A DNA stretch of 63,071 nt, filler included. It is 4 parts of 4 records of this genome, joined end to end, with 100 filler letters (N's around TTAATTAATTAA, not from the genome) between each part and the next. Parts side by side here need not be neighbours in the genome. Positions count along the whole stretch, not along the records: positions 24,334 to 46,435 come from SRR20825006_993; 3 more parts are not named here. The stretch is one strand, 5' to 3'. How positions within the stretch are numbered: the first letter of the stretch is position 1; each line of letters begins with the position of its first letter. A model generated the notes under the pieces. The model did no database searches and was not told the DNA's origin. It saw only the letters and a list, made by a program, of their open reading frames with translations. Of the stretch, positions 29,888 through 40,129 are shown in pieces. The position numbers were made by a program, and so were the translations under genes.

Positions 29888-31897
29888 TTGAAACATATGA
29901 AATTTAGCCCCATTTATATTATCTTATTACTATTCCTTTCGCAAATGTCTGCGCAAGAGAATGATAAGGAGTTAAACAATTTATTTAATGCTGTAACAAC
30001 TATTGAAGTTACACCAAACGCATTACAGAATTATTTTTATAAAATCACAGATAATTACTTGCTCACAGAACACAGAGAATCTTTTACAGGTTTTTTTAAT
30101 TATGTAGAATCAGATTTAAAATTAATGAACTCTACAGTGTTTAAGGATCACTACTATCTTTTTAAGGCAAGATCTTATAGGCTCTCTAATGAATTTGGTA
30201 AAACTTTTTCTAGTCTAAATAATATAAGTGATAAGTTATCAGGCTTTTCAAAAAAGGACAGTGTTAACTATTTTGTTATGTACCACCTTGCTACCACAGA
30301 GCTTGGCCTGTTTAAACAAAGTATTACCTATGCCCAGATTATTAACTCTATAGATGATATACCATCTACAAGGGAGCCAGGTATGGCACCAGATATATAT
30401 TTTTTAGTGTCAAGTGATTTATCTTACAACAAACTAGGTGACTATAAAAACGCTATTCGCATAGCAAAATCTAAGTTCGAAAAGTTTAAGGAGCTATATC
30501 CTAAAGATTATTACTTTCTATTTAATAGAGCTAATAATATAGGTGTTTACTATAATAATTATAACAAGCCAGATAGTGCATTAGTTTATTTTAATAAAGC
30601 AATGTCTTATTTGGATTATGAGGGTTTTAATGGTTCTAAGAGTACAGATAAATATAGATCCTTTATTCAAGGAAATGTAGCGCAGTCTTATATGTTAATG
30701 GAGCATTATAAAGAAGCAATCCCATTATTAGAGGACGATATAGAAAAATCTCTTGACTATTTTCCCTACAATGCTTTAATAAGCTCTGTATTGTTAGCAG
30801 AAAGTCATGTTAAACTTAATAATGTAGCAAAAGCCGAACGTGTATTGTCTAGGTTTGATAGTATTTCTAATGCTACAGAACGGTTACAAAACCCAGAGTT
30901 TAGAGACAAACTATTTGCCATCAAAGCAAAAATTGCAGAACAAAAAGGAAACCATGTAAAAGCCATTGAAATCTTAAACGCTCAAATAAAGTTTAGAGAT
31001 TCTTACAAAGCTGCAGAAAAAATTGAAGAAGCAATCTCTTTGCAATCTGCTTTTGAGCTAGAAAAAAAAGAAGCAGAGTTATTAGCCTCTAAAGTTAAAG
31101 CTAAGGAAATGGAAATTACTCTAAATAAGCGTAATTACAGTATTATTGGTGGTTTGTTATTAATTATAGCATTAGCAGGTTTGCTAATATGGTATCGCTT
31201 AAATAGTCTTAAGCAAAAAGCTCAAAATAAAGAATTTAAATTGCTAACTGAAACTATTGCAGAAAAGAATAAGGTAATTAATATAGCACTACAGGAAAAG
31301 GATACGCTTTTAAAGGAAATACACCATCGTGTAAAAAATAACTTGCAAGTGGTTTCAAGTCTTTTAAGTTTACAGAGTAACAATATTAGTAGTACCGTTG
31401 TAAGAGAGGCTTTACTAGATGGGCAAGCAAGAGTTAGATCTATGGCGTTGGTACACCAAAGGTTATATGAAACAGATAATTATAAGGATATTGTTTTTAA
31501 TGACTACATAGGCCAACTTGTGCAAAATTTAATAGCAACTTATAGAGTAGATAATAAAGTAGAATACACTATTAACTCTAAAGAAATAGTAGATATAGAT
31601 ATAGCTGTGCCTCTTGGTTTAATAATTAATGAGATAGTCACAAATACTTTAAAGTATAGTAAAAAAGATGTGCTAAGGTTGTCTATAAATTTTAACGAAA
31701 AGAACCCAAATCATTATAAATTAGTAATTTCAGATAATGCTTTAGGATTTAATCTTGAGGAAGTGAAAAAACGAAAGACCTTAGGTCTTAAATTAATAGA
31801 AATATTGGTGAAACAGTTAGAAGGAAATCTTGATATAGATACTTCAACTAAATCACCAACAACATATACAATTGAGTTTCCAAAAACTGACAAATGA
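29888..31897 (+). CDS. Sensor histidine kinase with periplasmic TPR-like region and HisKA_2 domain
   Basis: Signal peptide, TPR-like helices (NNIGVYY, GNVAQSY), TM helix, EIHHRVKNNLQ, PLGLIINEIVTN..KY, LGLKLI; ATG alternative at 29897. Confidence 0.92.
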   Translation: MKHMKFSPIYIILLLFLSQMSAQENDKELNNLFNAVTTIEVTPNALQNYFYKITDNYLLTEHRESFTGFFNYVESDLKLMNSTVFKDHYYLFKARSYRLSNEFGKTFSSLNNISDKLSGFSKKDSVNYFVMYHLATTELGLFKQSITYAQIINSIDDIPSTREPGMAPDIYFLVSSDLSYNKLGDYKNAIRIAKSKFEKFKELYPKDYYFLFNRANNIGVYYNNYNKPDSALVYFNKAMSYLDYEGFNGSKSTDKYRSFIQGNVAQSYMLMEHYKEAIPLLEDDIEKSLDYFPYNALISSVLLAESHVKLNNVAKAERVLSRFDSISNATERLQNPEFRDKLFAIKAKIAEQKGNHVKAIEILNAQIKFRDSYKAAEKIEEAISLQSAFELEKKEAELLASKVKAKEMEITLNKRNYSIIGGLLLIIALAGLLIWYRLNSLKQKAQNKEFKLLTETIAEKNKVINIALQEKDTLLKEIHHRVKNNLQVVSSLLSLQSNNISSTVVREALLDGQARVRSMALVHQRLYETDNYKDIVFNDYIGQLVQNLIATYRVDNKVEYTINSKEIVDIDIAVPLGLIINEIVTNTLKYSKKDVLRLSINFNEKNPNHYKLVISDNALGFNLEEVKKRKTLGLKLIEILVKQLEGNLDIDTSTKSPTTYTIEFPKTDK

Positions 31898-32616
31898 AAA
31901 AAAACATTCTCATAGTAGAAGATGAGCTTTTAATTGCTGAAGATATTAAGTACAATTTAGAGCGTTTAAATTATAACGTATCAGGTATTGCCATAAGAGC
32001 TTCAGAAGCACTTACAATACTTGAAAACAATAGTGTAGATTTAGCTTTGCTGGATATTAATATTAAAGGAGAATTAGATGGCATAGAGTTAGGAAGAAAG
32101 ATTAGATCTCTTTATCCAATGCCAATTGTGTACCTAACATCTAACTCAGACAAACGCACTGTGGAACGTGCTGTTGAAACAGAGCCATCTGGCTATGTGG
32201 TTAAACCTTATAACAAAACAGATCTTTTTACAACACTTACGTTAGCTCTTCATAACTCAGATAAAAACGAGAAGCCACAAGAAAAACAATCTACACAAGG
32301 TAAAGGTAAGTCTGTGTTTTTTAAAGTAGAAGGTACTTATACAAAAGTATTGTTTGATAATATATTATTTTTTAGAACCGCAGGAAATTACATTGAGATT
32401 CATAAAATTGGAGGAGTAGACTTGGTAAGGATGACAGTTAAGGAATTGTTTGAACATGTAGCTTCAGGAAATTTCTTGAGAGTACATAAATCCTATATTT
32501 TAAATAGGGATAAAATAACTGGATTTAATGGTAAAGAGGTTTTTATAGGAGATAGGAAGTTTCCTATGGGTGGCGTTTATAAAGATGAAGTCTTTCAAGT
32601 GTTAGATGTAAACTAA
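31894..32616 (+). CDS. LytTR-family response regulator
   Basis: ILIVEDE, LLDI, YLTS, VKP receiver motifs; FLRVHKSYILN LytTR motif; 4-nt overlap with the kinase. Confidence 0.95.
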   Translation: MKKNILIVEDELLIAEDIKYNLERLNYNVSGIAIRASEALTILENNSVDLALLDINIKGELDGIELGRKIRSLYPMPIVYLTSNSDKRTVERAVETEPSGYVVKPYNKTDLFTTLTLALHNSDKNEKPQEKQSTQGKGKSVFFKVEGTYTKVLFDNILFFRTAGNYIEIHKIGGVDLVRMTVKELFEHVASGNFLRVHKSYILNRDKITGFNGKEVFIGDRKFPMGGVYKDEVFQVLDVN

Positions 32617-32617
32617 A

Positions 32618-32684
32618 TTTTGTCACAAATAACTTAGGTTTTGTCACATCAGTCTACATGCAATTCAAGTAATTAATATATTTG
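32618..32684 (+). promoter_or_regulatory. Perfect 10-bp direct repeat (period 21) plus consensus -7 promoter element
   Basis: TTTTGTCACA at 32618-32627 and 32639-32648; TATATTTG at 32677-32684. Confidence 0.7.
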
Positions 32685-32687
32685 AGA

Positions 32688-32767
32688 TATCCATAGATAA
32701 TTGGGGTTTATATGGGTGTTTTATACTAAAAAAGGAGTGATTTGTTAATAATCACTCCTTTACTTTT
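32688..32767 (+). ncRNA. Candidate ~80-nt small RNA (hairpin with TTGGGG loop plus terminator)
   Basis: Promoter upstream, no plausible ORF, stem ATATCCATA/TATGGGTGT whose G-U pairs form only on the plus strand, then a terminator hairpin. Confidence 0.5.
32728..32767. terminator. Bidirectional intrinsic terminator (serA on minus; regulator/sRNA on plus)
   Basis: AAAGGAGTGATT-TGTTAAT-AATCACTCCTTT, 12-bp stem flanked by an A-run and a T-rich run. Confidence 0.85.
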
Positions 32768-32782
32768 AATATATCTTGTTAA

Positions 32783-33739
32783 TTATGCAGGTTGTAGTAT
32801 ATCTGCAATCTGCTCTGCTAACTCAACACCAATTCTGTCTTGCGCTTCTAGAGTAGCTGCGCCAATATGAGGACTTAATGAAAGTTTCTCATTCATTAAT
32901 AACTGTATCTCTGGCTTAGGCTCTTTTTCAAAAACATCTAAAGCTGCAAAAGATACTTTTCCATCATTTAGAGCATCAACCAATGCTACTTCATCTAATA
33001 CACCACCACGTGCAGCATTAATAATACCAACACCATCTTTCATTTTTGAAATTTCTTCTTTACCAATAACATAATCCTTTTGAGCAGGAACGTGTAAGGT
33101 TATAAAATCTGAATGCTGTATTAAATCTGAAACTGGTTCTGTTTTAATAGGAATCTTTATGGTTTGGTGATTGTAAAATTCTAATTCTATTTCTGCTTCA
33201 CCTACATAGTTATCACTTGCTACTACTTTCATACCAATACCTAAGGCAATCTTTGCTACCTCACGACCAATACGACCAAAACCAATAATACCTATGGTTT
33301 TACCTCTTAGTTCTCTTCCTTTAGCATAAGATTTTTTTAAAGCCTTAAAGTTTGTATCGCCTTCTAGTGGCATAGCTCTATTAGAGTCGTACAAGTATCT
33401 AACGCCACCATATAGGTGAGCAAATACGAGCTCTGCAACGCTACTGGATGATGCTGCAGGTGTATTAATAACGTGCAAGCCTTTTTCTTTTGCATAGCTA
33501 ACATCTATATTATCCATACCAACACCGCCACGACCTATTATTTTTAAGCTAGGGCACGCATCGATTAATTCTTTTCTTACAGTTGTGGCACTTCTTACCA
33601 ATAGTACAGAAATGTCATTTTTATTTATATAGTCTTTAAGTTGATCTTGAGCTACGTTAGTAGTTATAACTTCAAAACCAGCTTTTTCCATAGCGTCTAC
33701 ACCACTTTGAGAAACACCATCATTTGCTAAAATTTTCAT
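32783..33739 (-). CDS. serA: D-3-phosphoglycerate dehydrogenase (short form without ACT domain)
   Basis: [45 protein letters not shown]; adjacent to serC. Confidence 0.88.
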   Translation of the reverse strand: MKILANDGVSQSGVDAMEKAGFEVITTNVAQDQLKDYINKNDISVLLVRSATTVRKELIDACPSLKIIGRGGVGMDNIDVSYAKEKGLHVINTPAASSSSVAELVFAHLYGGVRYLYDSNRAMPLEGDTNFKALKKSYAKGRELRGKTIGIIGFGRIGREVAKIALGIGMKVVASDNYVGEAEIELEFYNHQTIKIPIKTEPVSDLIQHSDFITLHVPAQKDYVIGKEEISKMKDGVGIINAARGGVLDEVALVDALNDGKVSFAALDVFEKEPKPEIQLLMNEKLSLSPHIGAATLEAQDRIGVELAEQIADILQPA

Positions 33740-33777
33740 ATCTATTTTTTAAAATCTAATTTAATAATAAGGATTAG

Positions 33778-34845
33778 TTAAGCTTTACGTTCTAGATCAC
33801 TCATAACTTCAACCAAAGTACTAACACTATCTTTTGCCATTGCATTGTACATAGATGCCCTGTAGCCTCCAACACTTCTATGACCATTAAGACCATTAAT
33901 ACCAGCTTCAGCTAACATAGCATTAAAAGTTTCAGTTAGATCGCCATTTACTAAGCTAAAGGTTGCATTCATGGTACTGCGATCTTCCTTCTCTGCAAAG
34001 CCTTTAAATAAAGGGTTTATATCTATTTCAGAATAAATAAGCTTAGCTTTCTTTTCATTTTGTTCTTGTATTTTATCTATACCACCTAGATTTTTAAGCC
34101 ATCTTAACGTAAGCATAGAGACATACACAGGAAAAACAGCAGGTGTATTAAACATACTAGATTTACCAATATGTACTGTATAATCCATCATAGAAGGAAT
34201 TTCTCTGTTTACTTTTCCTAATATATCTTCTTTTACTATAACTAAAGTCGTTCCTGCAGGACCCATATTTTTTTGAGCACCAGCATAAATCAGGTCAAAT
34301 TTTGAAAAATCTAATTGACGTGAAAAAATATCTGAACTCATATCACAAACCAAAGGAACATCTACATCTGGAAAACTCTTCATTTGAGTACCAAAGATTG
34401 TGTTGTTACTCGTACAGTGAAAATAATCTACATCTTTAGGAACTGTATACCCTTTTGGTATGTAATTAAAGTTTTGGTCTTTAGAGGATGCTACTTCTAA
34501 AACTTCTCCAAATAACTTAGCCTCTTTAATAGCCTTGCTACTCCAAGTTCCTGTATTTAAATAAGCAGCTTTATTTTGTAATAGGTTATAGGCAGTCATT
34601 AAAAACTGTGTGCTAGCACCTCCTTGCAAAAACAATGCTTTGTAGCCTTTTCCTTCTAAACCCAATAATTCTAAAGCAAGGTTTCTTGCTTCTTCCATAA
34701 CATCAACAAAATCTTTGCTTCTGTGAGATATTTCTAAAATTGAAAGTCCACTATTATTAAAGTCTAATATAGCTTGTGAAGATTCTTGAAATACTTCTTG
34801 TGGAAGAATACAAGGTCCAGCACTAAAATTATGTTTCTTTTTCAT
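33778..34845 (-). CDS. serC: Phosphoserine aminotransferase
   Basis: HNFSAGP, EISHRS, FLQGGAS, CDMSSD, YAGAQKNMGPAG, GHRSVGGYRASMYNA. Confidence 0.97.
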   Translation of the reverse strand: MKKKHNFSAGPCILPQEVFQESSQAILDFNNSGLSILEISHRSKDFVDVMEEARNLALELLGLEGKGYKALFLQGGASTQFLMTAYNLLQNKAAYLNTGTWSSKAIKEAKLFGEVLEVASSKDQNFNYIPKGYTVPKDVDYFHCTSNNTIFGTQMKSFPDVDVPLVCDMSSDIFSRQLDFSKFDLIYAGAQKNMGPAGTTLVIVKEDILGKVNREIPSMMDYTVHIGKSSMFNTPAVFPVYVSMLTLRWLKNLGGIDKIQEQNEKKAKLIYSEIDINPLFKGFAEKEDRSTMNATFSLVNGDLTETFNAMLAEAGINGLNGHRSVGGYRASMYNAMAKDSVSTLVEVMSDLERKA

Positions 34846-34916
34846 GATGTTGTTTAAATTATATATACAAATATCTTAAATATCGAGTTGAAAGGTTATA
34901 ATTTAAGTATGAAATA

Positions 34917-35960
34917 CTAATTAACTTTCAACAAGAATTCAACAGTATCTATATTATCTGCATAATCCCATAATTTGGGATGTTGGGTTTCTCCAAAATA
35001 AATATGATGCGGTTGTAAGTTGTTAGAAACTACGCATTGTAAATTATCCTTTTCTTCAGCTAAGATTTCTTCTAATTCTTCAAGATTTTTATAACTATCT
35101 TGAAAAAGAACACCTATTGGTGAGCTAAACCCTTTGTCATCTTTTAGTAACACAAAATTATTGTCTAACATATTAGCACCGCTCATAAGGTATACGGCTT
35201 TGTTGTAGTCGTAATTATTTGCGTATTTGTTGTCATTTATAACCTCAGACCAATTCATTATATTTTCAAAGAAAGTATTAAAGTTATAACCTTCAGGCAC
35301 AAGAAGTTTAGATACATTTCTGCAGCCTAAACCATAATATCTAAAAATATCGTTAGCTAATAGTTGTATTTGTTCTGGAGATTCTTCGCCTGTAAGAATA
35401 GCTACAGAGTGTCTGTTCTTTCTAATTATACTTGGAACATTCTTAAAATAGTAATTAAAGTATCTGGACGTATTATTGCTACCAGTAGCAATAACTGCAT
35501 CAAAACCTTTTAATTGATCTTTAGCTGTCTTAATTCTCTCATTATACTTACTATTAATAGCTTTTAGTTTCTCTAATAATAATGGTAATAAACGCTGATC
35601 GTTAGATGAGTACTTAATTAACACATTATGTCCTGTTACCAAAACAGAAAGCACGTCATGAAAACCAACTAAGGGTACATTTCCTGCAAGTATTAAACCT
35701 ATAGTTTTGGGTGCCTTAGTATTAATATCATAATTCTTTAGCCAAGCAGATAAATTGTCTTCTGTTAATGCTAACTGCCATTGTTGTAAAGAAAACCTAA
35801 CATTGTTTTTAGTAAACCAGCCATTGTAATGTACAGCGGCTTCAATTTCTGTTGCTAATCTTTGGGAAAACTCGTCGTCTTTAGTGTTTGAGTCATTAAA
35901 AAACTGCTCAAGAAATTTTCCTAATTCCGAAAATGCTTCAATATGTTCGTTAAGGGTCAT
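34917..35960 (-). CDS. Acyl-CoA reductase (LuxC-like, ALDH fold)
   Basis: LAGNVPLVGFHD, VIATGSNNTSRYF, GLGCRNVSK, LWDYADNIDT; start placed at MTLNEH (35960). Confidence 0.85.
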   Translation of the reverse strand: MTLNEHIEAFSELGKFLEQFFNDSNTKDDEFSQRLATEIEAAVHYNGWFTKNNVRFSLQQWQLALTEDNLSAWLKNYDINTKAPKTIGLILAGNVPLVGFHDVLSVLVTGHNVLIKYSSNDQRLLPLLLEKLKAINSKYNERIKTAKDQLKGFDAVIATGSNNTSRYFNYYFKNVPSIIRKNRHSVAILTGEESPEQIQLLANDIFRYYGLGCRNVSKLLVPEGYNFNTFFENIMNWSEVINDNKYANNYDYNKAVYLMSGANMLDNNFVLLKDDKGFSSPIGVLFQDSYKNLEELEEILAEEKDNLQCVVSNNLQPHHIYFGETQHPKLWDYADNIDTVEFLLKVN

Positions 35961-35989
35961 AAACCTAATTGGTATTTTTTGGTATTGTC

Positions 35990-35997
35990 TACCTTTG
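35990..35997 (+). promoter_or_regulatory. Bacteroidota -7 element for the ferredoxin gene
   Basis: TACCTTTG matches TAnnTTTG. Confidence 0.6.
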
Positions 35998-36034
35998 GCG
36001 TTACTTTTGTACAAAATTAAGATAAATAAGAGCT

Positions 36035-36385
36035 ATGGCTATCATTATAACAGACGAATGTATTAATTGTGGAGCTTGTGAGCCAGAATGTCCTAACACT
36101 GCTATTTACGAAGGCGCAGATGATTGGCGTTATGCAGATGGTACAGATTTAGAAGGTAACGTGGTGTTGCCAAATGGTAAAGAGGTAGATGCTAATGAAG
36201 CACAAGAACCAATAAGTGATGAGATTTATTATATAATACCAGATAAGTGTACAGAGTGTAAAGGGTTTCACGAAGAACCCCAATGCGCAGCAGTATGTCC
36301 GGTAGATTGTTGTGTACCAGATGACGATCATGTAGAATCTGATGAGGTCCTTCTAGCAAAGCAAGCATTTATGCATAAGGACTAA
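36035..36385 (+). CDS. 2x[4Fe-4S] ferredoxin (YfhL-like)
   Basis: [12 protein letters not shown] and [18 protein letters not shown]. Confidence 0.95.
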   Translation: MAIIITDECINCGACEPECPNTAIYEGADDWRYADGTDLEGNVVLPNGKEVDANEAQEPISDEIYYIIPDKCTECKGFHEEPQCAAVCPVDCCVPDDDHVESDEVLLAKQAFMHKD

Positions 36386-36410
36386 ATTTTACAATTTTAT
36401 AACACTTAGT

Positions 36411-36451
36411 AAACGCCAATTAAAATTATTAATTGGCGTTTGTTTTTTTTT
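36411..36451 (+). terminator. Intrinsic terminator after the ferredoxin gene
   Basis: AAACGCCAATTAA/TTAATTGGCGTTT stem followed by G and T9. Confidence 0.88.
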
Positions 36452-36473
36452 GTAGTTATCTCAAAATCAAAAA

Positions 36474-36493
36474 AATACCCAGTATTGGGTATT
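36474..36493. promoter_or_regulatory. Palindromic operator-like site
   Basis: AATACCCA-GTAT-TGGGTATT perfect inverted repeat upstream of the 36602 gene. Confidence 0.55.
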
Positions 36494-36601
36494 CTTTCTA
36501 TAACACATATTTCATAAATTTATAGTATAAAAATAGTAAAGCTCTGTAGTTGTGGTTGTACTGCAGACACTTTATTAATTCTCTAACAAATACTCTATAT
36601 T

Positions 36602-37060
36602 ATGAAACGAATGTTACTCACCTTTTTGTTGCCCTGCATTTGTGTTGTCTTATTTATTGCTACTGTAAATTTAGATACTAAAGTAAATGCTAATGTACTG
36701 CCAGATGATTATACCAGCTTAGTTACAATTAATAATTGGGGAAGTTGGCAAAGCACAAGTTGCTATAAAGGATTAGATTTTAGGGTTAAACTTAGAGGAA
36801 AAAATTATGACGGCTCAAAACATATTTGGGGCGTACAATTTAGAAATAGATATAATGATGTTATTCACTTTAGCTATGAAGTTTATAACAGAGAACCAAA
36901 TAATGCAAGAACAACACATAGAACAGACCTAAAGCCTGGTGCATTAAGTAGTGGTGTAAGTGATTTCTATATGGAAAACTCAAACTCAATCTACGTATTT
37001 GTAGATAGTGTAAGATTTATAAAAGACGGTTTACAACCTTATTATGAATGTGATAAATAA
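36602..37060 (+). CDS. Hypothetical secreted protein
   Basis: N-terminal signal/TM segment; beta-rich body with WGSWQSTSCYKGLDFRVK and WGVQFRNRY; own terminator. Confidence 0.75.
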   Translation: MKRMLLTFLLPCICVVLFIATVNLDTKVNANVLPDDYTSLVTINNWGSWQSTSCYKGLDFRVKLRGKNYDGSKHIWGVQFRNRYNDVIHFSYEVYNREPNNARTTHRTDLKPGALSSGVSDFYMENSNSIYVFVDSVRFIKDGLQPYYECDK

Positions 37061-37092
37061 TTAATTAGCTCACCTCTTAAAGCTAACTTTCT

Positions 37093-37133
37093 AAAACACC
37101 TAATGTTTCGTATTGCATTAGGTGTTTTTTTTT
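37093..37133 (+). terminator. Intrinsic terminator
   Basis: AAAACACCTAATG/CATTAGGTGTTTT stem followed by a T-run. Confidence 0.88.
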
Positions 37134-37198
37134 AAGCTAATTAGTATAATAAGTTTTGGTTGCGATTTTACATATATTAGCTCTCTTTTATATTAAAT

Positions 37199-40129
37199 AT
37201 GCGCAACCTACTACTTTTACCTTTAACACTTTTACTATTTTCTTGTACCAAAACTGTAACTGTAAATAAAGCTGTTAAAGATCAGCCTTTAATTAGCTAT
37301 GTAAATCCATTTATCGGAACTGGTGGTCACGGTCATACTTATCCAGGTGCCGTTGCTCCTTTTGGAATGATGCAGTTAAGCCCAGACACACGTCTTGAAG
37401 GTTGGGATGGCTGTAGCGGTTACCACTATAGTGATACACATATTTATGGATTTTCACACACGCATTTAAGTGGTACTGGTGTGAGTGATTATGCAGATGT
37501 TTTATTAATGCCAACCAATACAACTACATTTAATAATGGCGCAGATGGAGAAAAAGGATACCGCTCAACTTTTTCACATGAAGATGAAAATGCATCACCA
37601 GGATTTTATGAAGTATTGCTTAAAGATACAGACATTAAAGTTTCACTAACAGTTTCGCGTAGAAGCGGAATGCATAAGTATGAATTTCCTTCAGCTGAAA
37701 ATCAAATTGTAATTTTAGATTTAGAGCACAGAGATAAGCTAAATGATGTAAAGCTTAATATATTATCAGGTACAGAAATTTCGGGTTATAGGTTTTCAAA
37801 AGCTTGGGCAACAAATCAGAAGTTGTTTTTTAATATCCAATTTTCAAAACCCTTTAAAGTAGAAGATACATTAATGTCTTCAACCTTTAAAACTTCAACC
37901 AAAGCAGCATTAAAATTTCATAATCCTAAAAACGAACCTATTTATGTGAAAGTAGGAATAAGTGCTGTTGATGAACAAGGTGCAAAATTAAATCTTGAAA
38001 AAGAAATAGGAACAAAGACTTTTAATGAAGTGAAATCTGAAATTGAAAAGCTTTGGGAAAAGCAACTAGAGAAAATTACAATTGAAGATCGTGTTGAAGA
38101 TAAAAAAGTGATTTTTTACACATCATTATACCATAGTATGTTGGCGCCACACTTACATCAAGATGTGGATATGCGTTACAGAGGAATGAATGATAGCATT
38201 TATAAAGCTGAAGATTTTGAGCAATATACTGTCTTTTCACTTTGGGATACTTACAGAGCTGCACATCCTCTTTATACTCTTATTGAGCAAGATAGAACTA
38301 ATGATTTTATAAAAGGATTTATAAAGAAACATGAGCATGGCGGTATATTGCCAATATGGGATTTGAGTAATAATTATACTGGTTGCATGATTGGTTATCA
38401 TGCAATACCAGTAATAGCAGATGCATACTTAAAAGGAATTAAAGATTATGATGTTGAAAAAGCTTTTCAGGCAATGACTTTTGCTGCATCTCGAGATCAT
38501 TTAGGGTTAGATGCTTATAAGAAAAACAATTACATTCCTGTTGAAGCTGAAGGAAGCTCTGTGTCTAAAACTCTTGAGTATGCGTATGACGATTGGGCTA
38601 TTGCACAAATGGCTCAAGCTTTAGGAAAATCTGAAGATTATAAAACCTATATACAAAGGGCGCAATTTTATAAGAATGTATTTAATCCAGACACTAAATT
38701 TATGCAAGGCCGTTTTAGAAATACTTGGCCATCTAATTTTGATCCCTATGAGGTTAACTTTAACTATACAGAAGCCAACTCTTGGCAATATAGTTTTTAT
38801 GTGCCCCAAGATATTTCAGGATTTACAACTCTGCTAGGAGGAAAAAAAGCTTTGGAGCAACAATTAGACAAACTGTTTAGTGCTAGTCAAGAAACATCTG
38901 GTGCAGAACAGGCAGATATAACGGGTTTAATAGGGCAATATGCACATGGTAATGAACCAAGCCATCATATGGCGTATCTCTATAATTTTGTAAATACACC
39001 TTACAAAACACAGGAGCGTGTTCATCAAATCCTAACAGAACAATATAGCAATGCACCAGATGGCATTTCAGGGAATGAAGATTGTGGCCAAATGGGAGCT
39101 TGGTATGTATTTAGTGCCTTAGGTTTTTATCCTGTAACACCTGCATCAAATACCTATATAATCGGGACGCCTCACGCAGAAAAAGCAACACTAAACCTAG
39201 AAAACGGTAATAAATTTACAGTGATTGCAGAATCACTTTCAGAAGAAAATATTTATATACAGAGCGCAACCTTAAACGGAAAGCAACTTAATAACTCATA
39301 CCTAGATCATAATACTATAATGAATGGTGGTAACTTAGTATTTAAAATGACAAACGCACCATCGCAATGGGGTACAACAACTAATTCTGCACCAGTTACA
39401 GAAATTAAAGACCACTTAATTGTACAGTCACCTTATATTACAACTGGAAATTTAGCATTTAAAGATTCAACAAGAATTGCATTAGGAGTAGCAGATAAAG
39501 ATGTTTCTATAAAGTATAGAATAAATACTTCAGAAATTTTTAAAACCTACAAGACTCCATTCTATATTTCAGAAACAGCAAATTTGGAAATATATGGTAG
39601 CAAGGATGGCAAAGAAAGTCCTAAGCTAATTTCAGAATTCAGAAAAATAGATCAAAACTTAAAGCTCACGCTAAGCACAACCTATCCAGAGCGCTACAGT
39701 GGTGGCGGAAACCTTGCGTTGATTGATGGTGTAACAGGAACTACAAATTTTCAAACAGGATTATGGCAAGGTTATCAAAACCAAGATTTAATAGCAACGC
39801 TCGATTTTGGTAAGCAGAAAGAAATCAATACAATAACTACAGGCTTTTTACAAGACCAGCGTTCTTGGATATTTTATCCTACACAGGTAACTTACCTAAG
39901 TTCACAAGATGGTAAAACCTTTAAAGAAATTTTTACAAAAAAGATTTCCGTTAAAGAAAATGAACAAGTTGAAAAGCTAAAGGTTAACTTTAAGACAACT
40001 AATCCAACATCATTTAGATACTTAAAAGTAGTCGCTAAAACATTAGGTGAATTACCAGAGTGGCATTTAGGCGCAGAACATCAAGGCACCAGTTGGATAT
40101 TTGCCGATGAGATTTTAATAAATGAATAA
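37199..40129 (+). CDS. GH92 alpha-mannosidase (lipoprotein) with C-terminal accessory discoidin-like domain
   Basis: Lipobox LFSC; VNPFIGTGGHGHTYPGA..PFGMMQLSPDT, FSHTHLSGTG, FSLWDTYRA, YAHGNEPSHH, GNEDCGQMGAWY. Confidence 0.95.
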   Translation: MRNLLLLPLTLLLFSCTKTVTVNKAVKDQPLISYVNPFIGTGGHGHTYPGAVAPFGMMQLSPDTRLEGWDGCSGYHYSDTHIYGFSHTHLSGTGVSDYADVLLMPTNTTTFNNGADGEKGYRSTFSHEDENASPGFYEVLLKDTDIKVSLTVSRRSGMHKYEFPSAENQIVILDLEHRDKLNDVKLNILSGTEISGYRFSKAWATNQKLFFNIQFSKPFKVEDTLMSSTFKTSTKAALKFHNPKNEPIYVKVGISAVDEQGAKLNLEKEIGTKTFNEVKSEIEKLWEKQLEKITIEDRVEDKKVIFYTSLYHSMLAPHLHQDVDMRYRGMNDSIYKAEDFEQYTVFSLWDTYRAAHPLYTLIEQDRTNDFIKGFIKKHEHGGILPIWDLSNNYTGCMIGYHAIPVIADAYLKGIKDYDVEKAFQAMTFAASRDHLGLDAYKKNNYIPVEAEGSSVSKTLEYAYDDWAIAQMAQALGKSEDYKTYIQRAQFYKNVFNPDTKFMQGRFRNTWPSNFDPYEVNFNYTEANSWQYSFYVPQDISGFTTLLGGKKALEQQLDKLFSASQETSGAEQADITGLIGQYAHGNEPSHHMAYLYNFVNTPYKTQERVHQILTEQYSNAPDGISGNEDCGQMGAWYVFSALGFYPVTPASNTYIIGTPHAEKATLNLENGNKFTVIAESLSEENIYIQSATLNGKQLNNSYLDHNTIMNGGNLVFKMTNAPSQWGTTTNSAPVTEIKDHLIVQSPYITTGNLAFKDSTRIALGVADKDVSIKYRINTSEIFKTYKTPFYISETANLEIYGSKDGKESPKLISEFRKIDQNLKLTLSTTYPERYSGGGNLALIDGVTGTTNFQTGLWQGYQNQDLIATLDFGKQKEINTITTGFLQDQRSWIFYPTQVTYLSSQDGKTFKEIFTKKISVKENEQVEKLKVNFKTTNPTSFRYLKVVAKTLGELPEWHLGAEHQGTSWIFADEILINE

